A stretch of DNA of 64,000 nt, taken from NCBI GenBank assembly GCA_905178155.1, contig CAJINV010000001.1:15500142-15564141 (forward strand), given 5' to 3'. This DNA is from Amoebophrya sp. A120 (lineage: Eukaryota; Protista; Dinoflagellata). The position numbers and the translations under genes were made by a program. The stretch's first letter is position 1. Each line of letters starts with the position of its first letter. This document shows positions 1-11,500 of this stretch, one piece after another. A model generated the notes under the pieces. The model was given only the letters and a program-made list of their open reading frames with translations. It made no database searches and was not told where the DNA came from.

Positions 1-2
1 CT

Positions 3-3000
3 AGTGTCAGTGAGCTTCGCGACGAAAATGGTAGGAACGTTGGCACTGGCGCCGAGAATAGTAAAAGTTTGTACCACACGACCACCCAGAGGATCATTCC
101 CTCCCTGCTGGTGCAGGATGCGGAACTTCTGAATCTGATCGCGCGCTCGCTCCACCTTATCCTGACCAACGAGAACCTGCGACTGCCGGCGGAGATTTAC
201 CACGGTGAAGAAAAACCGCAAGCAACGGAGGAATCCTTTGCACGGCAGGCTAGGGACTTGGAAACCGCCGACCTGGCTTACCTCGGGTACCGGTCACGCG
301 ACACACTTCCGGCAAAAGCCTTCCGCCAGGATTCGCACGCACTGGCCGCGTTGATGAGCCAGTGGCAGGATCTGACGTACAGGTTCCTCGCCTCGCACCA
401 CGACCTAATGCAGCGCCGCCACACAGAAAGGAAAGACCGCGACCAGAAAGAAAACCAGCGCCTCATCGATACGATCAACTTGGGGAATGGCGGCAAAGCT
501 GAAGGTGGAACGCGCGAAGAAGGCCGCCGCCGCGAGAAAATCACTACAATTTCTGCGGGTGCAGCGCTCTCAAACGAAGCAGGGGCTGCATCTGCTGCGC
601 CAACAGAAGACGCGGTGCGAGAAGATGTGATCGCGTACGCATATCGTGTTCTGGTCTACCACTGCCGCATATTGCACCGAAAATTCGCCGAGACGAAGTA
701 CATTGGTAGCCTGTTTGGTAGTTACAACACAAACCGCTATTTCGCAGCCGTGCCGCGGCCAGCCGAAAAGGTAGCTGCGCTAATTCCTGGCTTCAACTTT
801 ACAAACCTGGCCTTGAAGTTATCGCACGACATCGCCTGGGCGCAGCGGGCTTTTAGGCAGCAAGTTGGAGAACTAGCAGAAGTTCTGGACAGTTTTCCGT
901 ACAATTTGTCCTCGCAGCAGGGCTACAATAGAGAGGACACAGGGAATAAACGAGCAGCGTTTTCACGAACAGCAAATGACGAGGATCCGAATAAGAAAGC
1001 AGGAGCGCAGCAAGGACTTCTACAAGCCAAATTTCCGCATTTATCCACACACTACGAATACCATGCGAGGTTGCTTCCAGAATTCGAAAAAAACACGAGA
1101 GTGGGCACAGATGACGAACAACTCAGCGCACTTTCCCATTGGATCGCACAGCACATTCTGTTTCCGCACCATCCACAGAGCTTCCGGGAATCCATCGCGG
1201 TGAGGATAAAGAACGTCGCTGAATTGCAGCAATCCGTTGCGAAGCGCGAACTCGGCTACGTAACGCGTGTGGCTGTGCCGGTCCTGAAGGCCCTGCGCGC
1301 ACTCCTTTCAGAAATGTTCGAAGGCGCGGACTTTCCGAAATTTCGCAAACTACATTATTCGGAAATGAGCACGCCGAGGAAGGAGGACAAGAATCTACTC
1401 ACCTACGATTCCCATTCCCTCCTACCCGTGTGGACAGACGGGCACTCCCCGCTGTTCCACGACTACCGCAGTGAGGTACAGGAACTGACGCCGGCAGTGC
1501 ACCATGCGTACGACGAGATGCTGCCCCGGTTCGACGCGTACTACCGGCTGTTTGCGACCGCGATCGCCGCGGAAAACGCGGAGCGCATTCTGGAAAACGG
1601 CTATGACATCGATTTGGAGGTCCGACACGCACAAAAAGGTTTTGTCGTCACCTGCCAGCGGGAAGTCTACAAAGCGCTGGTGCGCGCCGCGCAGAACACG
1701 CAACTGCTGCATGAACCGACGCTGATGGCGCGGCGGCTGGTTCCCCGGGACGAAGCGTTCGTCCGCGAGAAACAGACCAAGCGGTGGGAGGACGCGGGGC
1801 AGCACCAGGTCCAGTGCTACCACGACCCCCACTTCGCGGCCGACGTGGCGGCGTTTCTCGGCCGCAACCACTCCGCCATGTCCAGGCGGATGCTGCAGGT
1901 GCCAGCAAAGGTCGTCGACTACGAATTCGTGTCCGACTTTCCGGCGCTCGTGAAGAAAACGACGTCAGTGAAGGAAGCAGTAACAGTAACAGAGGGAAGC
2001 TCATCATCATCTGCCAGGATTGGTGGAAAACGGCTGGAAACAGGCCGCATTGTTGGACCACCCACCAGCGGTTTCCTGGACTGGCTGCTCCCGAACAAGA
2101 GCTTTGCCGCGAACTCGCGGTTCCACGTCCTTCACTATCTGGTGCTCCAACTCACCGGAAACAGCAAAAACGGCGAATCAACCTCAACCACAGCTCCAGC
2201 TGCGCAAAACAAAAATACAGAAACCGACGACCACTCAACGCCAAAAGGACCAGCATCGCCGTTCTTTTTTGCCGAGATTGGGACCCGCAGCGGCGACACG
2301 CCCCGCTACCTGATGGAGCAGTTTGACTTCATTTTCAGTTTGATCGTGGACATTTTCTGGATTGACTCCACCGGCGCGGACATTTTTCAGCGTTTTCCGG
2401 GGCGCGCTAGCTTTATCAAGTCCGACAGTGCCTTGGTGTCTGACAAGCAAATTCGGCGCCAATTTTTCAACAAGATGCGGCTGTCGTCGAGAACTTCGAC
2501 TACACCCAGTACTGTGGCAGCACAGAGCCGGCGCACTGGAGTTGTAGGGGGAGATGAAGCAGTAGCAGACTTTTCGGATCGCGATGACCAGATGGCTGCC
2601 GGAGCTTCTCTGCAGCCTCAGTTTGCAGCTTCAAGTTCTTCTACCACGGCAAGTAGGCGGAACGGCGCCCGTACGAAGAAGAAAAGGCACGACTATAACA
2701 CAGATAGGTATAATCACGAGCAGGATCACCATCTCCACGGGATGGGGTCTGATTCAGAAAATAAAAATGACGACAATCGACGACGAGCTGCTGGAGAAAA
2801 TAAAGATATAAATACTAACCACAGGAGTACGACATTATCAACACACTTCCTGTTCGACCTGATTTTTATCGACGGGGACCACAGTTATGAGGGCGTGCAA
2901 AGAGACCTGGCGGCTTGGTACCCGCGATTGCGGGCAGGGGGTGTACTCGCCGGGCACGACTTCGATATTCAGTGGTACGGCGTCGTATTGGCTGTACTGG

Positions 3001-3071
3001 AATTTGTACAAAAACAGAATCTGAAACTCTGGCTGGGTCCGGACGCCGTGTGGTGGGTGTACAAACCCTAG
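3..3071 (+). CDS. Class I SAM-dependent methyltransferase (Methyltransf_24-like C-terminal domain), 5'-truncated by the window
   Basis: Frame is open from the window start. Motifs FAEIGTRSGDT and FDLIFIDGDHSYEGVQRDLAAWYPRLRAGGVLAGHDF. Confidence 0.8.
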   Translation, partial: SVSELRDENGRNVGTGAENSKSLYHTTTQRIIPSLLVQDAELLNLIARSLHLILTNENLRLPAEIYHGEEKPQATEESFARQARDLETADLAYLGYRSRDTLPAKAFRQDSHALAALMSQWQDLTYRFLASHHDLMQRRHTERKDRDQKENQRLIDTINLGNGGKAEGGTREEGRRREKITTISAGAALSNEAGAASAAPTEDAVREDVIAYAYRVLVYHCRILHRKFAETKYIGSLFGSYNTNRYFAAVPRPAEKVAALIPGFNFTNLALKLSHDIAWAQRAFRQQVGELAEVLDSFPYNLSSQQGYNREDTGNKRAAFSRTANDEDPNKKAGAQQGLLQAKFPHLSTHYEYHARLLPEFEKNTRVGTDDEQLSALSHWIAQHILFPHHPQSFRESIAVRIKNVAELQQSVAKRELGYVTRVAVPVLKALRALLSEMFEGADFPKFRKLHYSEMSTPRKEDKNLLTYDSHSLLPVWTDGHSPLFHDYRSEVQELTPAVHHAYDEMLPRFDAYYRLFATAIAAENAERILENGYDIDLEVRHAQKGFVVTCQREVYKALVRAAQNTQLLHEPTLMARRLVPRDEAFVREKQTKRWEDAGQHQVQCYHDPHFAADVAAFLGRNHSAMSRRMLQVPAKVVDYEFVSDFPALVKKTTSVKEAVTVTEGSSSSSARIGGKRLETGRIVGPPTSGFLDWLLPNKSFAANSRFHVLHYLVLQLTGNSKNGESTSTTAPAAQNKNTETDDHSTPKGPASPFFFAEIGTRSGDTPRYLMEQFDFIFSLIVDIFWIDSTGADIFQRFPGRASFIKSDSALVSDKQIRRQFFNKMRLSSRTSTTPSTVAAQSRRTGVVGGDEAVADFSDRDDQMAAGASLQPQFAASSSSTTASRRNGARTKKKRHDYNTDRYNHEQDHHLHGMGSDSENKNDDNRRRAAGENKDINTNHRSTTLSTHFLFDLIFIDGDHSYEGVQRDLAAWYPRLRAGGVLAGHDFDIQWYGVVLAVLEFVQKQNLKLWLGPDAVWWVYKP

Positions 3072-3572
3072 CATACTACAACAAGAAGAACATGAACAGG
3101 GCGCACTCACATTGATTACGGCAGCGTCCATAGCATAGCGGTGCAGGAGCCAGCATGGTTGGTTCGCTTCGCACAGACACCAACAAAAAAATGGGCAGCT
3201 TGTGTCCCGGCAGTGTCATGGGTGCGACTCAAGCACATGCCGCGAAGCTGTTCGGTCATAGTGTTAGTGGAGTGTGACGATTCGATGTACTTAAGTACGT
3301 ACTTACATAAGCAACCAGGTTTGTCCAGTCACTGTAGCGACAATATGAATATTCCAGCACCAGGAGAGTTAGTATTTGAATAATGTTGTTGGAACTGGTG
3401 GCTGTGGCACCTTCGCGTTCGCTTACAAGGCCGTGCTTCACTTTCTTGATGGCGGAATATGTATATGAATCAGACAAATAGATGAAATAGATGATAGATA
3501 GTTGTTCTTGCACTGCAAAGTCAAAGTGTTACTCTTACCTTTACGAGAAAGAAATAAAGTACGTTACCAAGA

Positions 3573-4649
3573 ATGGCGCCACCGACGCTCTCGTTCTACC
3601 GCTCCCTCGCGAAACTGGCGGTGCAGATTTTTGCAGATTTCTTGCCGGAAAATGTGCCCATGGATGCTGCATACGTGTACACGGAGACGCCGGATAACGA
3701 GCCGCCGGGCTTGCAGGGCGCAGCAAAATTGCTGCGAGAGCGGACCGAAATTCCGCTTCTGTTGCTCTACGGCGGGGAGCAGGAATGCGGCGGCACCCGC
3801 CCGGGCAACGTCACCGTGTTCCATGGGTTCACCGGGACGAGGCGAAATTTGTTGGCGGAAATAGCACGGGTGGAAGGCGAGAGCAGAGAAAACCAAAACG
3901 GCAAAAGCGGCCACACCAAGCTCGGCGTGGCTAGTAGCGTAACACAGAATCACTTGTCAAAGAGTGGCCCGACTTCAAGGCCGGAGGAAGAAAACGGCAT
4001 ACTATCGCGGACCTCGATTTTGCCCTGGCCTTTCAGGTGTGGCGCTGACAACATGACGCACACTCTGAATGAGGCACGAGAACTACTGACAAACATTCAG
4101 ACATGGAACAGTTTACTGGGCGACCATCCGCGGCCTGGGCCATCATGCAGCGAGGTGCAAGAACGAGGAGAGCGGGACGATGGGAAGCAGGGTAAATGTT
4201 CCGTTGCCAGCACCACTCGCCCAGCAATATCTCGTAAAGAAACTGAGAAAGATTTCGCGTGGCGGAAGGGAAAACTCGTGGAGCTGCTGGAAAGAACCCG
4301 ACATCGATCTAGTACTAGTACTGCGAGTAGAAGTTCTCCTCAGATATCTCGGGAAATCCGCAACTTGGTCATTATCGCACCGACAATCCACCTACTTCGG
4401 GCCTTTGTCACCACGGTGTCAGTGTTAATCGAGAAAAATATGACGGACAGCGTGAACGTCTTTGCCTACCCGGGCACGGCAACAGACTGGGAAGGCAGCG
4501 TGGTGCATTCACAGGGAATCACGACCGGCACACGCTCGGCGTTGCTGGACGGTGAGTTGGATCGCATTGCTCGCTACCACGAAAAAGGGGATTTGGTAGA
4601 TCCGAACGCGGTGCTTGAATATCTACAAATGAGTAGGAGCCGCTTGTAG
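3573..4649 (+). CDS. YdcF/DUF218-like protein with low-complexity insertions
   Basis: Blocks DAAYVYTETPDN, HTLNEA, HLLRAFVTTV and WEGSVVHSQGITTGTRSALLDGELDRIARYHEKGDL resemble bacterial YdcF-family proteins. Recognised by eye, not searched. Confidence 0.6.
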   Translation: MAPPTLSFYRSLAKLAVQIFADFLPENVPMDAAYVYTETPDNEPPGLQGAAKLLRERTEIPLLLLYGGEQECGGTRPGNVTVFHGFTGTRRNLLAEIARVEGESRENQNGKSGHTKLGVASSVTQNHLSKSGPTSRPEEENGILSRTSILPWPFRCGADNMTHTLNEARELLTNIQTWNSLLGDHPRPGPSCSEVQERGERDDGKQGKCSVASTTRPAISRKETEKDFAWRKGKLVELLERTRHRSSTSTASRSSPQISREIRNLVIIAPTIHLLRAFVTTVSVLIEKNMTDSVNVFAYPGTATDWEGSVVHSQGITTGTRSALLDGELDRIARYHEKGDLVDPNAVLEYLQMSRSRL

Positions 4650-5518
4650 TCACTTGGCTGACAAAAAAGCGACTTCTGGGTGATCTCCCACCGTTTCTAT
4701 AATTTCACTCGAATAAACAAGCAGTGCTTAGTTCTATGTTGCTTAGATTTCTGGTGACCCGGCAGGCACCGGTGCGAGTGTGCGTGCGTCAATGTGCTGC
4801 TGGTCTTTGTGTTCTAAACGGAGGTGGGGATTTTTTGACTTGGGGTCGTCGTTGATGGGTCACTCGTTCTCTTTCGCGCATTGATTCGCATACCAAAGGA
4901 TCGCGGTACCTTTATTCAAAGCCGAAGCTGATGAAAATTAATCTCATTTTCAACATTTGCATGTGTCTATTCTCATTTTCAACTCGATTCGCTCTCGATT
5001 TCGAAAAACAATGGCTTCATCAAGAGAGATAGCGACACACTTTTTCCGACGAGGTTTCTATAATTTGGATGATAGTATAAACATACATAGAGATAGAGAG
5101 AATGGAGAGACGCAAGGGCCCTGGATTTCCAGGTTTTTCGTTTTCGTCATCGTCCCCCTCACAGGCGTGCGCTTTTCGCTATCGAAATCGAAAGAGTTTT
5201 CGCACTCATTGTATGTTCATCTTCGAGCTCGATCTTGCGCAATATTAATTTGCTTTAAGTAATGGCAACGACACGTGCACCCACGGCCACGGGCACGTCG
5301 ACGTGCAGTAAGTAAAATCTTTTTACAACCGTCGCTCATCTATACTATCTGATGAACAAGAAGGAGGTGACCAAAAGAGCAAGGAAATAGTGAAAAAAGC
5401 TGTATATTTTATACCTTTAACTGTCTTGTTCAACCAAGTAAAGGTAAATCTCAACATGTAAGTTGATAAAGTGAAAATGTAAGTATACTCATCACTGCTA
5501 GTACTGCGGAGGTAAACG

Positions 5519-8500
5519 ATGTTGCGGTCCTGCGTGACGTGGTGGCTTCTGCTGGTCGCCTCGTTTGCGGGACCTCGACGCCGGCGTGACTATGGAGTCG
5601 TGCGTCGATCTTCCACCCGAATGCTGCTGTTTGCGAGTGCGGGTGCGTCGTCACTCCTTCTTTCGGCAGTCTTCCCAGCGTTTCTTTTTCTTGCCGCAGT
5701 GGCGGTCGTTTACGAAGAGAAGCGAAAAACGGAAAAGCAGATTCTGCAGAACAGAAATGAATTCGGTTGGGACACCTCCTCGTTGGAGGAGCAGATTCAA
5801 CATGCTGTCCATGAGATCCAGGAGTTGTTTCACCAAGATGATAACGATCTTCAACATGTAAACCCCGCTCTCTGGGCGTGGGAACATGACGGAACCGACC
5901 CTGGCGAGGCGCTGGACCACGAGCAGGGCATGACCTTTGACGACTACTGGGACGAGCGCGAAGAGAGTGCAGCTCACGCATTGGGCGACAAGTACTTATG
6001 AATAAAAGGAAATAGTTTATTGCAAGAGAGCAAGTTTATATCCTCTTTTTAGTTTTAGTTTTACCGGCGTTCTTTTGGTATGCAAGTGTAGAGGTTCGCC
6101 TTTTCGGTATGTTATTTAGCTTGTTTTGCTTTTTTTTCTGATCTTTGCGAACGATATTATGCTAACGCAGGTGGGACGAGATGGACGAGTCCGAGCAGCG
6201 CGCGTATATCTACGAAGACATCGACGCTGATGGCTACCATACCCAAAAAGATGTAGATGTACTCGAAGAGAACCGAGACACCTTCGAAGGGAAGTTAGAA
6301 GACCCGGAACAACACGTGCCCACTGGCCAGGAAGATGGCGGAGATACAAATGCAGCACATGATCATCAGGAGGCAACAGCAAATTCCGGTGCGGACTCAA
6401 CAGCGGAGGGCAACGACCATCATCTTCACAGTCAGGAACAAGCAGCTGCAACCCCCGAAGCCGCACAGGACCACCACGCCCACGAAAGCGTACATGAGCA
6501 TGAGCGAGAGCAGGGGGATGATGCAGAAGCTCATGAAGAAGATGGTGGGGACGATGGGCAGCGCGATCATCCAAATGAAGGTGGTGCCGAGTCCAACGAC
6601 AAGGAGGAGGAAACTACAAAGATTGCTACCTCTACTTCTAGTCCTGCCGACCACCCGGCCACTAAACCGCCTGGCGACAGTGAGGGTGACGCTACTACAG
6701 CTATTCCAAGTCCAACTGAGACTGACCACGAGGAGGTTCAGGAACAAGGTCATGCTGAGAAAGGTGTTCCTGATGAGCGAGGACCTACACAGCAGGAACA
6801 GGCTCAAGTAGAACAGCAAGACGAAGACCGTGATGATCGTGATCAAGATGAAAGAGAAGACACTTCTTCATCTGGAAAGGCGACGACAGAGGGGCGTACT
6901 GCAGAGGAAGAAACTACTGAGAAGGTGGACGAGCACGCAGATGAAACTAAACAAGACGGCGAGGGCGGCCCCGAAAAGCAGGAGGATGGCAGCGCGACAT
7001 CATCTTCAAAAGGCAAAGAAGAGGAAAAGGACGACGACGAGCCTCCGAATGCCGGCACGTTCTGGAACAACCTTCCCGAGTACATGAAAAAAAGACAGGA
7101 AGGTATCAAAATAGAGGAACTACGCGATCTGGCGAAAGACGACCCAGCTTTATGGAAGCCGTTCGATCCAGCTCCCGACGGTACCGTGCATGCTTTTTTC
7201 CTTCCGTCAACATGATTGGAGGAGGACGTGCAGGCGCACTGACTTCTTGCTCCCAACAAACCTAAGAATGTCGCGCACGCTATTATAGGGCCTAACTGAA
7301 AATCAGGTGGCGTTGCATGTAGTTCCTAAATACGAGATGCAAGAACAGGTGCTGTAGCGTTCTAGGGCCTGAACTGAAAATTTTTCTAACTCAACTATGT
7401 TGCGACCTCATGTTGGAGTCGAGACATTGAGGTGGAGCACTATGATTTTTAGCATGAAAGTCACGTAGCACTGCTTACAGCTTGGGCCCCTGTTAAATAA
7501 GCGGCCGCGTAAGCTCTTTGTAATTGGTGCGTATTTCGCGTCTCGGATAATTTCACGAACAGTGCAGTGCACACCCTGAAACTTTCCCCAGGGTCGCAAT
7601 ATTTGGCAGCTTTCGCGCCCGCCGGTCGCAAGAACAAAAGCGGGCCAGCGATCCATCGTGGGTTGGCGCAGCTTTTGTGGCAGCGCCTTTTCCGCGGATC
7701 AAACGGGCGCGCGAACGCGATCGCGTGGGCGACGCCTCTGGCACTCCGGGCCGGGTTGGGGAGGAGGTGGGAGGACGGCGGGCTAAGCCGCTCCGAGAAC
7801 GCGTTCTCGAGCCGATTTGGCCGGGGGGCGCAGGCGTTCTCGAGCCGATTTGGTCGCTCGCGGATGGGCCAGAGGTCGGAGCGGCCGAAGTCGGCCCGGA
7901 GTGGCGGTTTGGTCGGGAAGCGATGGGGCCCGGCACGCCGGGCCGGGTTGGGGACGAGGCGGGAGGGCGGCGGGCCAGGTCGGATGGGCGGCTGGCTCTG
8001 GCACTTCGGGCCGGGTTGGAGAGGGCGACCAAATCGGCGTGAGGTCGCGTTCTCGAGCCGGTTTGGTGGGGCTGCTGACCAAATCGTCTCGAGATCGCGG
8101 TCTCGCGCCGATTTGGTCGCCCGCGGGTGGATGCCCCAGGACGGGTTGGGGAGGGCGACCAAATCGGCGCGAGACCGCGACTTGGTGAGGCTGCTGGCCA
8201 AATCGTCTCGAGATCGCGGTCTCGAACCGATTTGGTCCAACTTTGGTGAGGCTCCTGACCAAATCGGCCCGAGATCGCGGCCTCGAGCCGATTTGGTCGG
8301 CCGCGGTTGGACGGGCTGGAGAGGCCGATGACCAAATCGCCCCGAGATCGCGGTCTCGAGCCGATTTGGTCGGCCGCGGGTGGACGGGTTGGAGAGGCCG
8401 CTGACCAAATCGTCCCGAGATCGCGATCTCGGGCCGATTTGGTCGGCCGCGGATGGACGGGGTGGAGAGGCCGCTGACCAAATCGTCCCGAGATCGCGAT

Positions 8501-11500
8501 CTCGGGCCGATTTGGTCGGCCGTTGTAGTCGAGACGTTGAGGTGGAGCACTATGATTTTTAGCATGAAAGTCACGTAGCGCTCGTCCACGAATTTCTACT
8601 CGAATGCCCGCGCAAGGGATCGATGGGACTAAACATGGGAATGCTATTAACTTTCCAAGTTATATTTACAGTAGAAAATGTTCAGTACATGGATGTAGAC
8701 GTACAACTGCTAATGTGCTTTCTGCGTGATTCTTTCGATCCTATTCATGGAGCGTCACAAGTTGTGGCCTGCTTCATGATGTCAACACGTTTGAGATGCA
8801 ATTTTCTCGTTATAATCTACGATATTATGGGCAATATCCTGCTCCCAAAAATCTAATTTTCAGGAACCTCTCCTCTTGACGTGGACCACGACGGATTCGT
8901 AACGCGCGATATCCTACAGAAAAGTTCACCTATATACCAGAGGAAAACCAAGACTGACAATTCTCCCTCATGCTATAAAAATCCAGAAAGTTGTAGGTCA
9001 GTTGGAACGACAGAAGCATGAATATGACAGAGGGGCCCAAAAAAATTTGTCACGCTGCACAGCCTCCTTTTTGTTTTACTGTAGTTTTTGTGCTGACAGA
9101 AAGCATTGTTACAATCCATTATTCAGGCAGCATTTTTAAATTTTCCGGTACGGTTGTGCTTTTCTGTAGGATACAGAAGGAACTGGAAAAGACCGACCTG
9201 ACCGGACAGTGGATGAACGAGTACTTCGTAGACCACCCGAATAATGAAGATCACCAGCTCATTACTCTGAGTAAAAACGTCCCCACCAGCCCAGAATCGA
9301 GAACCAACAGAAATCGGAATTTCTTTGGTTGACAAATCAGCAAGGTCTGGCTGTTGCGCATGACAAGTTAGTTTGGAGTCTCGTAGCCTAATTAGGATAA
9401 TCTAGCGCCGCACCGGCGACCCCGCCGCATCACAAAAAATCGATTCTCTTTTCCTCTTTTCCTGATTCTTGTAGCATGACAGATACCAGCAACCCAATTA
9501 TACATACAAAATGGCTCGTGTGAGGCTGTAGCTGTACTCGGGCTGCGCATGAGATACATTTCAGGCATGCAGATTTGTATAGGAGATATCAATCTATGGC
9601 TATGATTGTGATTGATGTGCAGAAGGAGATTTTTTTCGGCAGGCGGATGCAGATTTGCTTTTGCATGCCAGATTGTTTTAGGGTGGGGACGTTTTTACAC
9701 AGGATTCTTGTCCCGGATGAAGAGCAAAAGATGCTGCAGGAAAAGTTTGGTGCGGACTCCAATGGTGAGTTTTCTGACTCGCAGAAGAAGGATATTCCCT
9801 GAAAATTAACCACCCCCATCATGACAAAAGACGAATAAACAAATTTTGTTTATTGCAAGACAAATTTCACATTCATGTATGAGGATGGTTGATTTTCAGA
9901 GAATAGAGGACGTCGTGGACTACCTGATCACCCGCCATACCATAGTCGAGCCCATTATGGCAGTGCCAGGATCAAAATCGACAAAGCTGAAACCATTTGC
10001 AATTCACAAAATGGACTCCAGGTGGTGGACCCACAGCCACGATTTCTGTCTGCGCATGATGAGAAGTTTTCCCGGTGCTGGGAGCCAGTCTCGTATCATG
10101 CTGCATAGGGCAAAGAAGCTTGCTCGCCCTTCTGTCATGCTAGTCAGCGTCAGCCGCCCAAATATTATGATTTGCCCTTATTTCATCTTCGAAGCATACT
10201 ACAATTGGCCTCCCGTGGTGCGTCCTCTGTAATATTAGAGTCAGTCCTTGCAGCCCTTGCGACGTCGTATTTTATGCGTGACGTGTTCAACATCTTTGTT
10301 GATATCAATATGGCGTTCTCAACTGTTACATTCTCAGCTGTTACATGATTTGTCATGCAAATTTACCACCAGGATCGCGTTGATTAAGCTGTTCCGCATG
10401 ACAAATATCCGAAGGGCCAAACAGCATCTAAGTCTGTGCCAAATCTGTAATGCAAAAGGCGCAACTTTCCCCCTTTCACTTTCGCTGTTCTTGCATTACA
10501 AATTCATGTAACAGCTGAGAATGTAACGTTTGAGAACCCCATAATCAAGCCTGACGCTTCCATACCCACGGTTTACGACGACAAGAAGGAGCTGCTAACC
10601 GCCGACGGGTCCGAAATCGACCCGAAAAAGGTGTGGGACGTGTACGATAATCACGACCAGGACCACGATGGGCAGTTTGACGCCGGGCTTGCGGGAGAGT
10701 ATCAGAAGGCGGCGGCAAAAATTTTGGGCGACGAAGGGAAGCTGCAGGACGGGTTGACTCCCGACGAGGTGCGCAGGTTGGCGGACGAAAATCCCACCGT
10801 CTTCGGAGATCTGGCGAACGGGGAAGCGGGCAAAGCGCTCCTTGCGGACGGAGGCGACCCGCCGAACACCATCACGCCGGACGAGTTCCAGAGCTACTAT
10901 CAGAACGAGGGCGGCTGGGGCGAGGGCGATACCACAGACATAAACGAGAAGACACGGATCCTGGACAAGATCGACGATCTATGACAGTGCACAACTCCTC
11001 CTCCCCCTGGTTTGTCACGCAAACAGTGCTAAGAGGCACAGGTAGGATTCCAGCCTTTGCCTCTTGGCACTGTTTGCGTGACAAGTTCTGGTAGCCTAGA
11101 TAGCACTACCATCCAGTAGACATTTGTCATGCCAAACCGGCACTGTTGCTGATCTGAACCAGCACCTGATGCTTGTATTGCCGTTCCTGCTAATATACAA
11201 ATGAGGGGGAGGTGGAGTTGTGCACTGTCATACGATCCCGAGAAACGGTTCCAATTTGTGCAGTTTTTGAAGGAGGGACGGGAAACCTTCAAGCCAAATT
11301 TTGACGTCGTCCCACTGGAAACGAAGATTGACTTGTTTGACGCCGACGGTATCCCAGTGGAGAAAATGAAAGCTAGCACCAGGGGGGCACATTTATTGTA
11401 TGTGCCTCCAAACTAAATACGGAAAAAACACAGAATGGCCAGGCAGCCTGGTCAACAATATGGCGCTGAGTCAGCTACGCAAAAGAGACAGATAGATATA

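Noticed and set aside
7790-8520. CRISPR-like repeat/spacer array
   Set aside because: The linkers between palindromes are conserved rather than unique, there are no cas genes, and the context is a eukaryotic intron.
7461-8589. Overlapping 250-315 aa ORFs on both strands
   Set aside because: Artifacts of the GC-rich repeat.
10265-10564. Apparent exon RDVFNIFVD-IKPDASI spanning element 10309-10543
   Set aside because: This sequence is better explained as the right TIR of the outer element 9956-10564, since it matches the LSm8 element terminus.
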